A stretch of DNA of 64,000 bases from Camelus dromedarius (GCF_036321535.1 NC_087437.1:113276001-113340000), one strand, 5' to 3'. Counted from the first letter of the stretch, positions 50,445 to 62,826 are shown. Made by a program: numbers and translations. Notes: generated from the sequence alone by a model not told the origin.

Positions 50445-51036
50445 TGAGACGGAGGGAGGGGGGCAGGGCACGAGCACTGAAGGAATGGCACAGCCATTGA
50501 GGACAGGACACACTGGTTAGAGCCAAGGTGGCAGAAGGTCTGACTTCCAGTGGACCTTGAGCCTCACGGTACACCCACAGGCACCAGGACAGTTCCTAGG
50601 CTGACCAGAAAAGGTCAAAAAGCAGGCGAGGGAGGTGGGCATTTCCTGGAAGTCCTCCCCCTTCCCCAACATAGTTGGAATAATCTTCCCACTCGTTAGC
50701 ACGTGGAATTACCGAGCCCATAAAAACGAACAGCTCTGCACCTCACAGTCACTCTCTTGACTTCTGAGACGGCTCGCACTCTGCCTATGGAGGCTGTATC
50801 TGCTTTTGCTTTAAACACCCAACACCGCTCGGCCTCTCTCCCTATCGCCTTTTGAGATGGCCCGCATCCTGCCTCTGGAGTGAGTGCCTCCTCAGTCGCT
50901 TTCCTTTCTGAGTGAGATGGCCCCAACTCTGTCTATGGAGTGTGTATCTCTCTAAGCTTGCTTTCACTTGACTGTACCTCGCTCTTGAATTCTTTCCTGC
51001 TCCAGACAAGAAAGAACCTATTGTTCTCCGGCAACA
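50445..51036 (+). mobile_element. MER41-like ERV1 solo LTR with 4-bp TSD
   Basis: TG...CA termini flanked by aagg at 50441-50444 and 51037-51040. Motifs gaataatcttcccactcgttagca, cccataaaaa, ctctgcctatggag, cttgctttcactt, gaattctttcctgc and ..tccggcaaca parallel the MER41 consensus as recalled. Confidence 0.8.
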
Positions 51037-52394
51037 AAGGCACAACCTATTTTTACCACATGCAAAGCCCCTCCTTGCTTGGCTGGTCCCAGATGCATCA
51101 TCACCAATCGTAAAATAACTCAATTGTTAGGAGTAAGATTTGGCTGAGGTGCCACCCAGAAACACAAGCCTCCTCTTACGGAAGTTATGAAGGGATGCTG
51201 GGCGAGCCAGTGTTTCCGCCCTCCTGTGCTCCTACTAAGAAGGTGAAGTGTTCTCACGCATGAGTCCAGACGGCCTCCCTCTTAGGCAGGGACGGAGCTG
51301 CCGGAGTTGGAATAACCGTCTGGGTTTTAGAGGCGCGGACACAGAGCTTCCTAGAGATGGAGGACCCGGGCCTCAGTGAGTCTGACGGTCGGCTGAGGGG
51401 TCCTCTGGCTGCGGAGACAACTGGGACGTGGAGAAAAGATATGCATGGTTTTCAGAGTAGGAAATAGGTCTAGTAAATACACCATTGGAGAAAATGTCCA
51501 GAAAACTGAGAAGAAAACCGCCATGGATGTTCTCTTCGTGGAAGTTCTGTATTCCTGGGGCTTCCCATCAATTACATGTGACAGACATGTATCACAGATC
51601 CCCTCATGCTAGGTCCCAAAAAGGGTGCAGGGTGAATCAGGAAGAGCCCTGCCCTCAAGGAACCGGTGTTCAGACTAGAGGACTGGCTTGTGCCCTGGAT
51701 GACCACTTCCCTAGGCAGTCATGCTTGTAGAATATGTGTAGGGAAAAAACTGCCAGTTTACACTTTTGTTTCATCGTGAGGCTGGAGGGCTGGGGGATGA
51801 ACAACGTCTGCATTCTGATCCTCTTACTCCACATTAGGGGCACGTGATTATTTTCAGAATTGTTGCAGGACAGAAAAGGGGTAAAGATGTTCCACACAGA
51901 TTGATGAGATGAGAAGAGTTTCTGTCCTGACCCTTGAGTCGGACAGTGGACCTGCCTCAAACAGTCTAGCAGCTGAATAGGCAAAGGATGTGAACTGTCT
52001 GGAGGAAACAGAACCAGTCAACATGTGTGTGGGAACATAGAACAATTTTGTAGTCAGAGACACAGCTAAAAAAGAAATACGAGAATGTTCCACGGAAGAG
52101 GAGCAAGGAGGTGCCCCTAGGGGAGCCTGGAGCCCCCTCAAGTCAGTTACTTGCCCTTGACAGATGCGGGGCAAGGCAGAATCCAGGGGCTAGGATGGCA
52201 ATGCCCCCAGGGGCACAGGCTGGAGCAGCGTTTGGAGTCAGAGCCTTGGGTGTGGCGTCTGAACCCCAGGCTGGCTACTGCCTGCACGTGAACTCTGCAG
52301 GCCTCAGTGTCTTCATGCAACAAGTGTAGACCTCCCAGGGATGCTGGCATCGAACTAAGGCGAGGGACCGGAGCAGAGAGGCAGTAGGGGGTGG

Positions 52395-52610
52395 GAGGTA
52401 GTGGTTAAGAACTAGGACTCTGGGATAAGACAGCCTGCGTTCAAATCCTGCTCCAACCCCAACCCCAACTTAGCTGTGCAGCAGTGAGTGTACCTCAGTT
52501 ACTCCATCCATAAAATGGGGCAATAACAGCATCTCCCTCACAGGGTTTGTGTGAGGATGACATCTGCCTTTCTAAGCAGGTGCAACGGCACCTGGCACAG
52601 GATAAACACT
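52395..52610 (+). mobile_element. MIR SINE
   Basis: gtagtggttaagaactaggactctgg..agacagcctgcgttcaaatcctgctcc..cctcagtt..taaaatggggcaataacagca..tgtgaggat. Confidence 0.8.
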
Positions 52611-52790
52611 GACACAGGGAACTATACTCAATACCTTGTAATAGCCTATAATGGAAAAGAATATGAAAAGGGATGTATATATATATACACATACATATAT
52701 ATATATAAAAAACTGAATCACACATGCTGTGCACCAGAAATGAACAACATTGTAAACTGACTGTGCTTCAATTAAAAACAAACAAAAAAC
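52611..52790 (+). mobile_element. Short L1 3' end
   Basis: cacagggaactatactcaataccttgtaatagcctataatggaaaagaatatgaa..aacattgtaaactgactgtgcttcaattaaaaa. Confidence 0.85.
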
Positions 52791-54796
52791 ACCATACAAG
52801 CTTTTACTTAAGCACATCCGTGTGGCCCCCTTGCTATGGGGACCACACACAGCAGGTGCTGAGTAAACGGCTGGAGAAAGTCACCAAGGCCATGTGCCTT
52901 CTCTGAGTGTGCTGGGAGACCAGAAAAGAGAGGGGGGCAAAATTCCCCAGTTTTTAAGCTCTAAGAAAGTACTCTAAGACTCTTCCCTGATCATGGGGGG
53001 AAATACTGGAGCACCAGCTGCAGGAGGAGTAGAATCCTAGTAATGCTGTGTTCTGATCAAGCTGAGTTTGACCTTTTAGCAAGTTACTGACTCTGCAATG
53101 AGTGTATATAACCCATGTACTCATCACAAACTCCAGCATCTGGGGGCCAGGCTCTGCAGGTGGGTGCTGGCATTGGAGCCACCGTGGCAGCCGGTGCTGC
53201 GGAAGAGAAACAAGGGGGTGTGATCGGGCTCCCAGGAGGCAGGTCCTCTTCCCACCTGAGGCGCTGACTTCTCACCTGGCAAACAGGTTCAGACCTGTAC
53301 CCGCCTGCACTGGCCACCGGGCAAGCATCACCAACATGCTGTCTGGACTGGCCTGTGAGCCGGCGTCCTGACAGCTCCGACAGGGTCATGGGGCTGGACC
53401 AGCTGCCCCAGGGGCCTGGGACCCTGCTGTCAGATACACCAGCCGCCCCTCTGCCAAGCTAGGATGTATACGTGATGCCGCTGGGAAAGGGGACTCTCTG
53501 GGGCCACTGGTGCAGCCATCTGCGCACACCCCAGCAACACTCCTCAGATCTGCCCGCATGGAGAGCTCTCACTGATGGGCAGAGGTGGATGGAACCTGGA
53601 GGTCACCCGCCCTCACAGTGGAGAGAGGTGACCTCTCCCAGGTGAAGAAGAATTACCATTTGTGGAAGGTGGACAGCTGAGCTGGGCCCCCCACGCACCC
53701 TCCACCTATAGACTCGTAATCTTCACCAGAGCCCCAGGATGGGGTGTGATTCTGAGCCCCCATCTTCCAGGTGGGCAAACTAGGCACAGAGCAGGTGGTG
53801 AGTGGCCCAGGCTCACGGAAGGAGCCACAGGGCTGGGCTGAAACCCAGGTGATCCGGGGCTCTTAACCTCTAAGCCACGATCATTGACCTTCAGATACAA
53901 GGGTAGGGTCCTCCTGTCCAGGGCGGGTCACTCCTGCTTCACCTGAATGACTGGCTGAAGGGACAGCTAAGAGGGCACCAGCAGTGGCCCTGACCAGGAT
54001 CCCCCAGGGGAGAGAAAGGGGCCGGCCGAGGCAGAAAGAATTCCAGGCAGCTTGTGAGCAACGCCGTGGCTGCTTGGTTACTGGGAGGCCCTCCTTCTAC
54101 GTTGGAGCCCCCGGCCAAGGGCCTCCTTGGAAGGCTCTCCTTCCTCTGTCTCCTCCCCGACTCCCTGACTGGATGCTGAATTCTCTTAAGGTTTAGCTTA
54201 GTCACAGGCGCAAAGGGCAACCTCATGGGCATTTACACTCTTTTAGGGAATGGGCTAGAAAACACATTTGTACTAACAGGGCTCAGTACTAGTATCTCCT
54301 GAGGATGCCCGGGCACAGTGCCTAATGGTGCTTTCATCCCACCAGCAGAGGCCACACAGAAAACCCGGACAAGCAGCCGTGGGACATGGCCTCCAGGGCC
54401 CGTGCACCCGCCCTGATGGCGGAGCGCCTTTGCCCTGCAGAGCGAGATGATGCAGCTGAAGCCTCTCCATCCACACCAGCCCTGGGGTCCACCCACATTC
54501 AGCGGAGAAGTCAGCGGGGCTAAGATGTGTTTCCTGAAGGCATATAGGTCCGCACACACCGCGACTCTGGTTGTCATTTAAAGAAGGGACGTGGATATTG
54601 AGGAGTAAGGCGAGGGCCAGGCATGGCAGGAAAAGCTTGAGACGAGAACAAGGAGCCTGGCCTCTCACTTCAGCTTAGTCATGAACTTGCTGTGTGGTGT
54701 GGGGCCGATCTCAACCTCTCTGGGCTCAGTGAGCAGCCGCTAGGGCCTTGCTAACGCTCACATCCTAGCCTTTCAGGACACGGCTGAGGAACCCAG

Positions 54797-55070
54797 GCTG
54801 CTCGAGTCTGGAGCCACTCGCCACATGCGGCTATTTCAACGAAAATACAGTAATCTCACACAAAACTAAAAATTCAGTTTTTCAGTTGCACTAGCCACAT
54901 TTTAAGGGCTCCATTGCTTGTCATGATTTAAATTAATTAAGATGAAATAAAATTAAAAATTCAGCTTCACAGTCATGCCCGCCACATCTCAGACGCTCAG
55001 GGGCTAGTGCACTGGGTGGGCAGACACAGAACATTTCCATCCACACAGGGGGTTCCGCTGACGGCGTAGA
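54797..55070. mobile_element. MER3-like hAT-Charlie MITE with a duplicated internal segment
   Basis: gccactcgccacatgcggctattt; aaaaattcag..cagt..c.gccacat occurs twice (~54868 and ~54955); cagaacatttccatc. Confidence 0.65.
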
Positions 55071-55117
55071 GACTGTGCAGATGGAGACGTGTGGCTCAGA
55101 AAATGTTCTGGAAAGAT

Positions 55118-55570
55118 GTGCTATGTACATACAATGGAATACGACTCAGCCATAAAAATGAAATTTTGGAATTTGCAACAACGTGGATGGATCTGGAGGG
55201 TATCATGCTCAGCGAAATCAGTCAGACAGAGAGAGACAAAGAAATAATGTTATGATATCACTTACATGTGGAATCTAAAAATTACAACAAACTGGAGAAT
55301 ACAACAAAAGGAAACAGATAGAGAGAACAACCTAACAGTTACCAGTGGGGAGAAGGAGGGGCAGGGGCAGGTGGGATTAGAGGAGTAAGAGGTCAAACTG
55401 TTACATATAAACTACACAAACAAGCCACAAGGATATGCTGAACAGCACGGGGACTGCAGCCAATATCTCATAATAACTGTAACTGGAGGATAACCTTTAA
55501 AAACTGTGAACCACTATGTTGTACCCCTGTCACATAACACTGCACATCAACTATACTTTAATTTTTAAAA
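55118..55570 (+). mobile_element. 5'-truncated L1 (ORF2 end plus 3' UTR)
   Basis: tacatacaatggaatacgactcagccataaaa..tttgcaacaacgtggatggatctggagggtatcatgct..cacttacatgtggaatctaaaa..catcaactatacttta. Confidence 0.85.
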
Positions 55571-55601
55571 GTTTTTAAAAAATGCTTGAAGTCACTTCTT
55601 T

Positions 55602-56164
55602 TTCTTTGTTTGTTTTTTAGTCCAGAAGTCTTTCATTTTATTTTATTTTTACACCCATCATGCCATGAACTCACAGGGACCGGGTTCTAGTAGTTCCGGC
55701 TCCTTTCCACTGGTTTCTGCAAAGCGTGTTTCTCTGGGTGGAGCAGGCTGGTGCTTCAATTGAACCCAAGTAACTTTCTCTGGCTTCCTTCCTTTTCTGA
55801 CCATTTTCCATCACGTGTTGCAGGAAGCTATCTCGGCTCTTAGCATGCTTACTATGATCAATAGGTACATTAGTTCTCTTGGCAAGAATCTTGCCGTGAA
55901 CTTGTTTGTTGACAACACTGTCAACAGCATGCCAGGTTAATACTGTACACTCATCCAGTTTTGGGGGATGTTCTACTGTGAACAGTGCCCATTCCATTGA
56001 TTTCGACAAGATCGCTTTTCTTGTAGATCTGCAGGCTTGTGGCCAAAGGGACAGCTCCATGTTTTCTAAGCGGCCTAGAGAACATGGAGCGGGTGCCTCT
56101 CCTCTTTTCTGTGCTGGTCATCTTGGTGAATTATTGGAAGATGGTGGCTCTGGCCGAAGGGCCA
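55602..56164 (-). pseudogene. RPL21: Processed pseudogene of ribosomal protein L21; CDS remnant 55658..56121
   Basis: Minus strand from ATG 56121 reads [52 protein letters not shown]. After a frameshift it reads [37 protein letters not shown].., ending ..EFMA* at 55658. It is intronless, with a stop at 55951-55953, indels and a decayed poly(A). TSD aagtcacttcttt (55589-55601) / aagtcgcttcttt (56165-56177) followed by aaa. Confidence 0.95.
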
Positions 56165-56269
56165 AAGTCGCTTCTTTAAAAGGAGAATTGCGTGCTAGGT
56201 AAGAGACTACAAAAAAAGCAGTGAGAGAGAGCTGAATGTGTCTGCTGTGTGTGACCAGGTCCCGAACAG

Positions 56270-57330
56270 GAAAGTATTCATCAACAATACCGGAAGGTAA
56301 ATTAAAGTACCATAACACCACGCCAAGGTTAAGGTCAACGGTGGAACACTAGCACATTTCCCTTAAACGCTGGGTACCAGACAAGGATGCCACCTGCCGC
56401 TGCCAAAATCTAACGTCAAAGAATCATGTGGGTAAGAGAATAAAACAGAAGCGCTGTGAAGAAAATGGCATAATCATCACCGTTGGCAGGTGATATGATT
56501 TAATACCTCCAAGATGCAGGAGAATCAATTGAAACATTATTAGAAACAGTAAGAGGCTTTAGTTAATGCATAGAAAACAACAATTTCCCTTATATGGAAG
56601 TAAAATTAAGTATAACGGAAGACAAGATCTCATATTTGAATACACTTCCTAAGCTTACATAAAAATATTTATACTGAAAAATCTAAAGCATAAACCAAAG
56701 AAACACATGGGTGATCTATATAAAGAATATACATATATGGAAAACGTCAAACCTGTACAGGTGGCGTGAGAGATGGCTTAAATCAGTAGAACAACATTAC
56801 AGGAACATAATACTGAAAGATGTCAATTCTCCCTAAGTAACTATAAACCCAAAACAATCTCACTCAAAATACCAACAGGTTTGGTTGTTGCGTTTTTGTT
56901 TTTGCTCTTTGCAGGGGGATACTCTGAACATGACAGAGTGGTTCTTAAAAGTTCTCGAAGGAGAATAGCAAAGGAAACTGGCCAGGAAAATAAATTCTGA
57001 AAATGAGAACAGGGGAACATCAGCCCTCTTAATTGTTAAATAAGGCTAAAACATAAGGTCTGGTCATTAAAATATTATGAAAATGGTTCAGATAATGGAC
57101 GAAGAGATTAAACAGAAGAGCCCTGATTCAAGGACATTTGACCATTTAGGTGCTATTTCAAATCTGCAGGATTTGGAACTTGCAGGCAACATGCTAATGG
57201 CGTCAGACCTGCATAGAGCATGCACGAAGGAGGACAGTAAAACTTATCAAGGTTGTCTCTAAGAAACAGGTTGAGGGAAGACGATGAGGAATTTTTAGTA
57301 AATGCTTTTTATGACCAAATACAAACTTTA
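56270..57330 (+). mobile_element. Highly decayed L1M ORF2 fragments
   Basis: catttcccttaaa..gacaaggatgcc; ttggcaggtgatatgatt; tactgaaagatgtcaattctccctaag..caaaataccaacagg. Confidence 0.55.
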
Positions 57331-58604
57331 CAGTGAGTTACACTTCAAAGCACACAGCAACCTAGACAAATATAATAACCCAGAGTTGGTACTCAGTAAA
57401 CGGCACTCACTGTGAGCTGTGATCTTCAGAAAGTTCTCCCCAGGGCCATTAAATACCCTTACGCCAACACAGTGTGGACACAGGGCAACAGAGGGTCACT
57501 TCCGCTAACGTCAGCTTGTAACGGCTGTGTTCTCTGGCTAGAAGGCTGGATGAGGGGTGAGTAATCCTGGACCAAAAGCACAGAGAACTGGCTCCAAGAA
57601 CTATGAGCCCAGATCACACCACGCTAAAGCCCCTTGATCCAGTCTTCAGTCCCCACTGGTGCCGCCCTATGATAGTCAACTGGAATGACTGACCTGGGAC
57701 AGACTGTGGGTGACATGCTGCTTCGGGGATAAAAATGGAGTTTTAAAAGATTGGTTCATTTAATTAAAAGCACAGCAGGCCACTGCGTGCTAAGCAGACA
57801 GCATGCATTTCATTATGGAAGGTCATCTTTCCTGGCACAATCTAATGGAAACCAGGGCAGCATTCAAAGATAAGATCACAAGTTGATTCTGCCCCCTTAG
57901 GACAAGATTTGGCAAAAGAACGACCTTCTATGGAGGGTGCTAGAGCCTGGCCAGTAGGTGGAGACTTAGCAGATGACAATGAATTTCTGAAAAGATCTGT
58001 GTCTCCTAAAAGGCATTCTAAGAACAAAAAGAGAGAAAGGAAGGAGGGAAGGGGAAGAGAGAGAGAAAAGAGGGGAGGGAAGGAGGAAGGGTAAAACCTC
58101 ACCAGCAAACAGGATGTTTATTTTTCAATTACAGGATCTTTTTTTTAAATTGTGCTGAAAAGCCTAGGATGTCTTACTGTCATCAATAATGATTTTATGC
58201 TTTAGATAAAGTTTATGGTTTTATATCCATTATCTTATCAAGTTTCTTTTTAAGTGTTTAGGTTTTCTATGTCTTCAACTTTTTAGCAACGCTCATCCAT
58301 GTTAAAACATGATTTTCTAAGCGCGCCGCGTGATAACAAGCCACACCAGTCGTCTGGAGTAATGCATCTCACGCCGGCATTCTAGCCGCTCAGCAACATC
58401 TAGGTCTGTTAATTGCACACAGGCGCGTGTGTGCGCACGCTCACAATCACTGCAATAATTTTAGAGCTTCAGAGCCTACTGGCCTAAAGTAATTTATGCA
58501 ATTTCTGGAAGTGCCCAGAATTACTCCTGGGAAAATAAGGCTTAATATTTAATGAACTGAAAAGAGCAATAGTTTCATTTTCATGTTAGTGTTTGATTTC
58601 CACT

Positions 58605-58690
58605 GCTACACCGATACTTATGAAGTGCCTACTATGTGGCAGGCACTGTCCTAGGCACAGGATAAATAGCAGTGAGCAATACAGACACTG
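58605..58690 (-). mobile_element. L2 3' end fragment
   Basis: acttatgaagtgcctactatgtggcaggcactgtcctaggcacagg..agcagtgagcaa. Confidence 0.65.
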
Positions 58691-58729
58691 TAATCTTTGC
58701 GTTTGAAAAATAAATTACATAATATGGTA

Positions 58730-58965
58730 ATATGTACAAAACACTCACTGTAAGCCTGGTATTATTTTTGGCCCTTTATGTCTATGCTCACATCTTCACA
58801 ACCCCTTGAGGTACATACTTCTATCATGCCATTTTGCACAGAGACTGAAGCACAGAGAAGTTAAATTACTTGCCCAAGGTCACATAGCTAGCTGCTGGCA
58901 GAGCTGGGATTTGATTTCAGACTGACTTGGCTCTGAGGTCCACACTCCTATCTACTGCATCTTAC
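58730..58965 (-). mobile_element. MIR SINE
   Basis: tcttcacaaccccttgaggta..ccattttgcacagagactgaagcacagagaagttaaattacttgcccaaggtcacatagct..gagctgggatttga. Confidence 0.8.
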
Positions 58966-60742
58966 TGCCTTTATCATATGCACAGCTCCAAAGTAAGGCA
59001 TTTGTCCATAAAGGGTGAGCGCTCACAGGTAATATGTGCATACTCTGGAGCACATTTTCACTCTCGGCTGAGGCATAAAAATAAGACAGGCAGCAAGCAA
59101 CAAGAAGACCTGGAAGTAGGTGATCCTGCCAATGTGGCCCTGGTGCTATCTAGCAGAGAAAACAAAGGAGGACAAGATAATAAATGAAAAGGAAATAAAC
59201 AAACAAAAATTAAATGGTTACTCAATATAAAACCTCTAATCATATATTCATTGACATTCAAACAGAGTTCTTGATAAAGAAGAAATAAATCATTTCAGGT
59301 ATCCCCTGCCTTCAGATACTATCACAAACACTGTCCTGCTGTACTTAAATTCTCACAACATCCTAGTAAGGTGAAGGACCACCCAGCCCTCCTTTTACAA
59401 TATAAGATAAAGCTGCTCAGAATCTCAGACACGGCCCTCAGGTGTTACTGCTTCATTCCAGGCCACGAATGCAGCACCTAACACTCCACTCTGTCCTCTG
59501 CACAACTACCTTCCAATCACTGCAGGAAGTCATGCCCCGAATACCTCTCTACCCTCATCCACCTCACCTGTGCCACAGTCTCAGGCAGGCTCTTAGTGCT
59601 GAGGACCAGGTCATTACCCTGAACATGCTCTAAATAACTGAAATCCTCTGAGTGTGGATGTTACAAAGTATGTTATGATCCATTACAGTATTTCCCAATA
59701 TGGGTCCGGGATTAAACGAATAAGAGACTGCATTAGGGTCTCACTTCAAAGGAATACACAAATTCCAGAACTGATTTTAAAAATGAAAACCACTCTGGAA
59801 GTGTGCCAGGGTAAAACAGGTGGTTGAATTTGAAAGAAACATCTCGGATTCGGATATTCTAGAAAGAGAGCTATAGATGCCAACCAACCCTGCTGATGCC
59901 AAACGTCTGTAAGGCTCTTCAGGCCAGGCCACGCACTGTTTGTAACCCAGTGAGTTTTTCTGATGAGAGGTCTGTTTTCAGGAGCTGACAGACTGCTGAC
60001 TCAGCCCTGAGGGGTCTCCATCACCATCTGAGATCTGCAGCTCAGGACGCAAAGGTGGTTGTGTGAGCACAGCCAAGATCTACGTGAATTCCCCAGAATC
60101 CTGACTCCAGCCCAGAAGAAAGCTGTCCCTCCATGGCCCGAGCAGCAGGTAGTCCTGGACTTGTCTGAGGACAGGAGCCCACCACACTGGCCTGGTAATC
60201 CATGCACCAGCACAAGCTTTGCCTTTTGGAAGTAATCTACGCAGTCACCTAATAGGTGAAGCCAGCCCAGAAAATTCCTCTTCTCTCTGAAATGAAGTGT
60301 TTATTTCATCTGAGTGAGTTCTCTCTTTACATTTCTTTATGCGGATAATTTGAGTCAGAGGCTGGTACAACAAATGTGTGTGTTGGGGCGGGGGCAGAGC
60401 ATGTCACAAACGCGTACCAGGCACAGCTGGAAGAGGAGGGTCACTCCTTGGGGGGAGCTCAGCATCCCTGTGCTCCCTGCTCTAACCAAAGGGGGTCCCA
60501 TCGCCCCGCGGCGGGAGGGTACCCTCAGGGGGTGGCTGTCACTGCTTTGGCTTTCTGTATGGGGAACTGAGCAGAGGGGGGTGTCTCTCCACTTTAAAGT
60601 TCCAACCTCACATTGATGGTTACAAGAGCTTCTTCGGCAGCACAAGGAGTGACTTCTCCGTTCTGACAATGCCTGTTCGGTCTTTGATGCCTGAAACAGT
60701 CTAAGGCAACTACCAGGCTCCATCCCAGAACACACGTGAGGT

Positions 60743-60761
60743 GACCTCCCCCTGGTGGCCG
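60743..60761 (-). promoter_or_regulatory. Candidate CTCF binding motif
   Basis: Minus strand reads ggCCACCAGGGGGAGgtc, close to the CCACCAGGGGGCGC core, in a GC/CpG-rich patch. Confidence 0.4.
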
Positions 60762-61814
60762 GTGTTTGAACAGCCCGGGATCAGCTCTCTGGGCCACGCT
60801 CCCTCCGCCCCTCCCCAAAGAGGGATGGGATACCCTGCTCCTCGGCAGCCCCCTAACGGTGGCGCAGGAGACAGCCCTGCCGGTTCTAGCGGTTGACTCT
60901 GGTGTCCTTCTCCTCATCTGCATGCCCTGAGTTCTTTGTGGGGATGGAGCTGGGATGGGGAGGACATTATTCCACAGGAAACTAGATGAGCTGCATAACT
61001 CGTGGGCTGGGAGGAAGGAGACCCGCGAGCAAGTTCTAGTTCTGTAAATGTGTGGTGACCGGGCCCCCCCCCCCCCCCACCCCGGAGAAAACGTTGTCAC
61101 CGCTCTGAGCCTTGATTCCTCCTTGGAGAGACGGAAGGCTTGGGCGTGAGGGCCCTTCCTGCCGTGGTTCTGCAGCTGCGCCCAGAGTCAGACGCCCAGG
61201 TGCCATGGGATTCTATGTGCTGATTAGTTTTGCGAAGGGAGGAGCCTTCCCCATCTATAAAATGGGCAAATATAGTATTAATCTTAGGAGGTTGTAAGAA
61301 GGATGAAATGAAATGATGTACATAAAATATGTGGCAAATGGTAAATGCTAAATAAATAGGGTGTTTATAACTAACTGTATAATTACAAACTACATATATA
61401 CTTTATCACCCAAACTTAGAAGAGTGAAAGACGGTACCACTAGTAACTTTCCCGGTCGACAGGCTTGAACCAGATGGACCGACTGGGATATACTGTCACT
61501 CTATCAAAAAGAAATAATTATCAGGAGATTTTGGGACAATCCCCAATAATGGACAAACTTAAAAAAAAAAAGTTTCACCTAAGTGTTCTGGCTCTGCAAG
61601 GCTGTATCTTTGGCAAACCCTCAAATGGTAAATGGACAGAGTCAGCGCTGGGGTCAGTGAAACCATCTCTGACACAAGTTCCTCTCTGATCAATTAAATT
61701 TCCAAGACCAAATACAGGCACAAGTGTTAAGTGGCTGAAATTTACCTCTTCTCTCACCACAAACCAGCAGACAGGCCTCCTACTGACCAACGCAGGATCA
61801 GGCAGGAGTGTAGG

Positions 61815-62265
61815 TGTGGAGACCAGAATGTCACCCCAAAATATGCCTCTCTGACACAGAAGTTATTTTGAGTTGAATGAAGGCCATTACGAAGCAGCAT
61901 ATGCAGGAGAGGTCTGTCTTCTCCCCTTTTTCCGCCTGAAGGTAGCATAGCAATGCCGCCTTTACTGAGAGGGCTCCAGACTCTTACAGAGGGACCTGAA
62001 GGGGCACCCCGTCAGGTTCCTTCCCCCAGCAGGCTACCGTGTGGGGGCCTGACACCGCTTTCCCCCTCCTGTCATTTCTCTATCAATTTATTCTTTGTGG
62101 AAGTGGCTACACACATCCCTTCTAAGCCTCCACCTTGAGTTAGGTTTCACTGAGGCTTCTCGCAAGGATATTCATGATTATCTGTTTTTCTCTCGTGATC
62201 CATCTTTTTGGGGAAAAGCTGCAGCCAAAAACCCAGGATGGGCGAAAAAAGCTGTCTCCCCCGCA
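61815..62265 (+). mobile_element. MER34-like ERV1 solo LTR
   Basis: 5' tgtggagaccagaatgtcaccccaaaatatgcctct..ttattttgagttgaa; 3' tctgtttttctctcgtgatccatctttt..tctcccccgca. TSD not resolved. Confidence 0.6.
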
Positions 62266-62744
62266 GGTGGAACTCCGGGAAGCTGGGTGGAAGAGAGCCA
62301 GAATCACACTAGAGGAAATTCTCTTCCTGAGCAAATTTCTACTTAGAAAAGTCTGATTGAACACATTGGGGAGCAAGGGGTAAACAGGCCGTGCTCCGTG
62401 ATCCAAGAGCCAGAAGTGACCTCGCCGAGATGACCCAGTCAACCTGGTCACTTTGTAGATGAAGCAAACGAGGTCTGGGTAGATGTCGTGCCCAAGGACA
62501 TGTGGTTTACTAGGGATCTGTTACGCCATTTAGTTGTATTTACACAACACACACAACAAAAAATTATCAGGTCCTCCCTGCCAGCCGGGGAGCCCGTAAC
62601 GGGAGGGATGGCGTCTGTCACTCACCGAGGGCTGCGCTCCCCTCACACTGGCCTTGCGGTGACTGTGGGGTAGGGTTACTGTCCCTCTTTTGCAACTGGG
62701 GATACTGGACCTGGGGAGGTTGACTGACTCACCTGGGGACCCAC

Positions 62745-62826
62745 AGCTGGCCTGTCACCAGCACGGTGCTCAGAACATAGCAGGCCCTCAGAAACAGTTG
62801 TAGAATGAATGAATGAATGAATGAAT
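62745..62826 (+). mobile_element. L2 3' end with (TGAA)n tail
   Basis: cagcacggtgctcagaacatagcaggccctcagaaacagttgtagaatgaatgaatgaatgaatgaatg. Confidence 0.7.
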
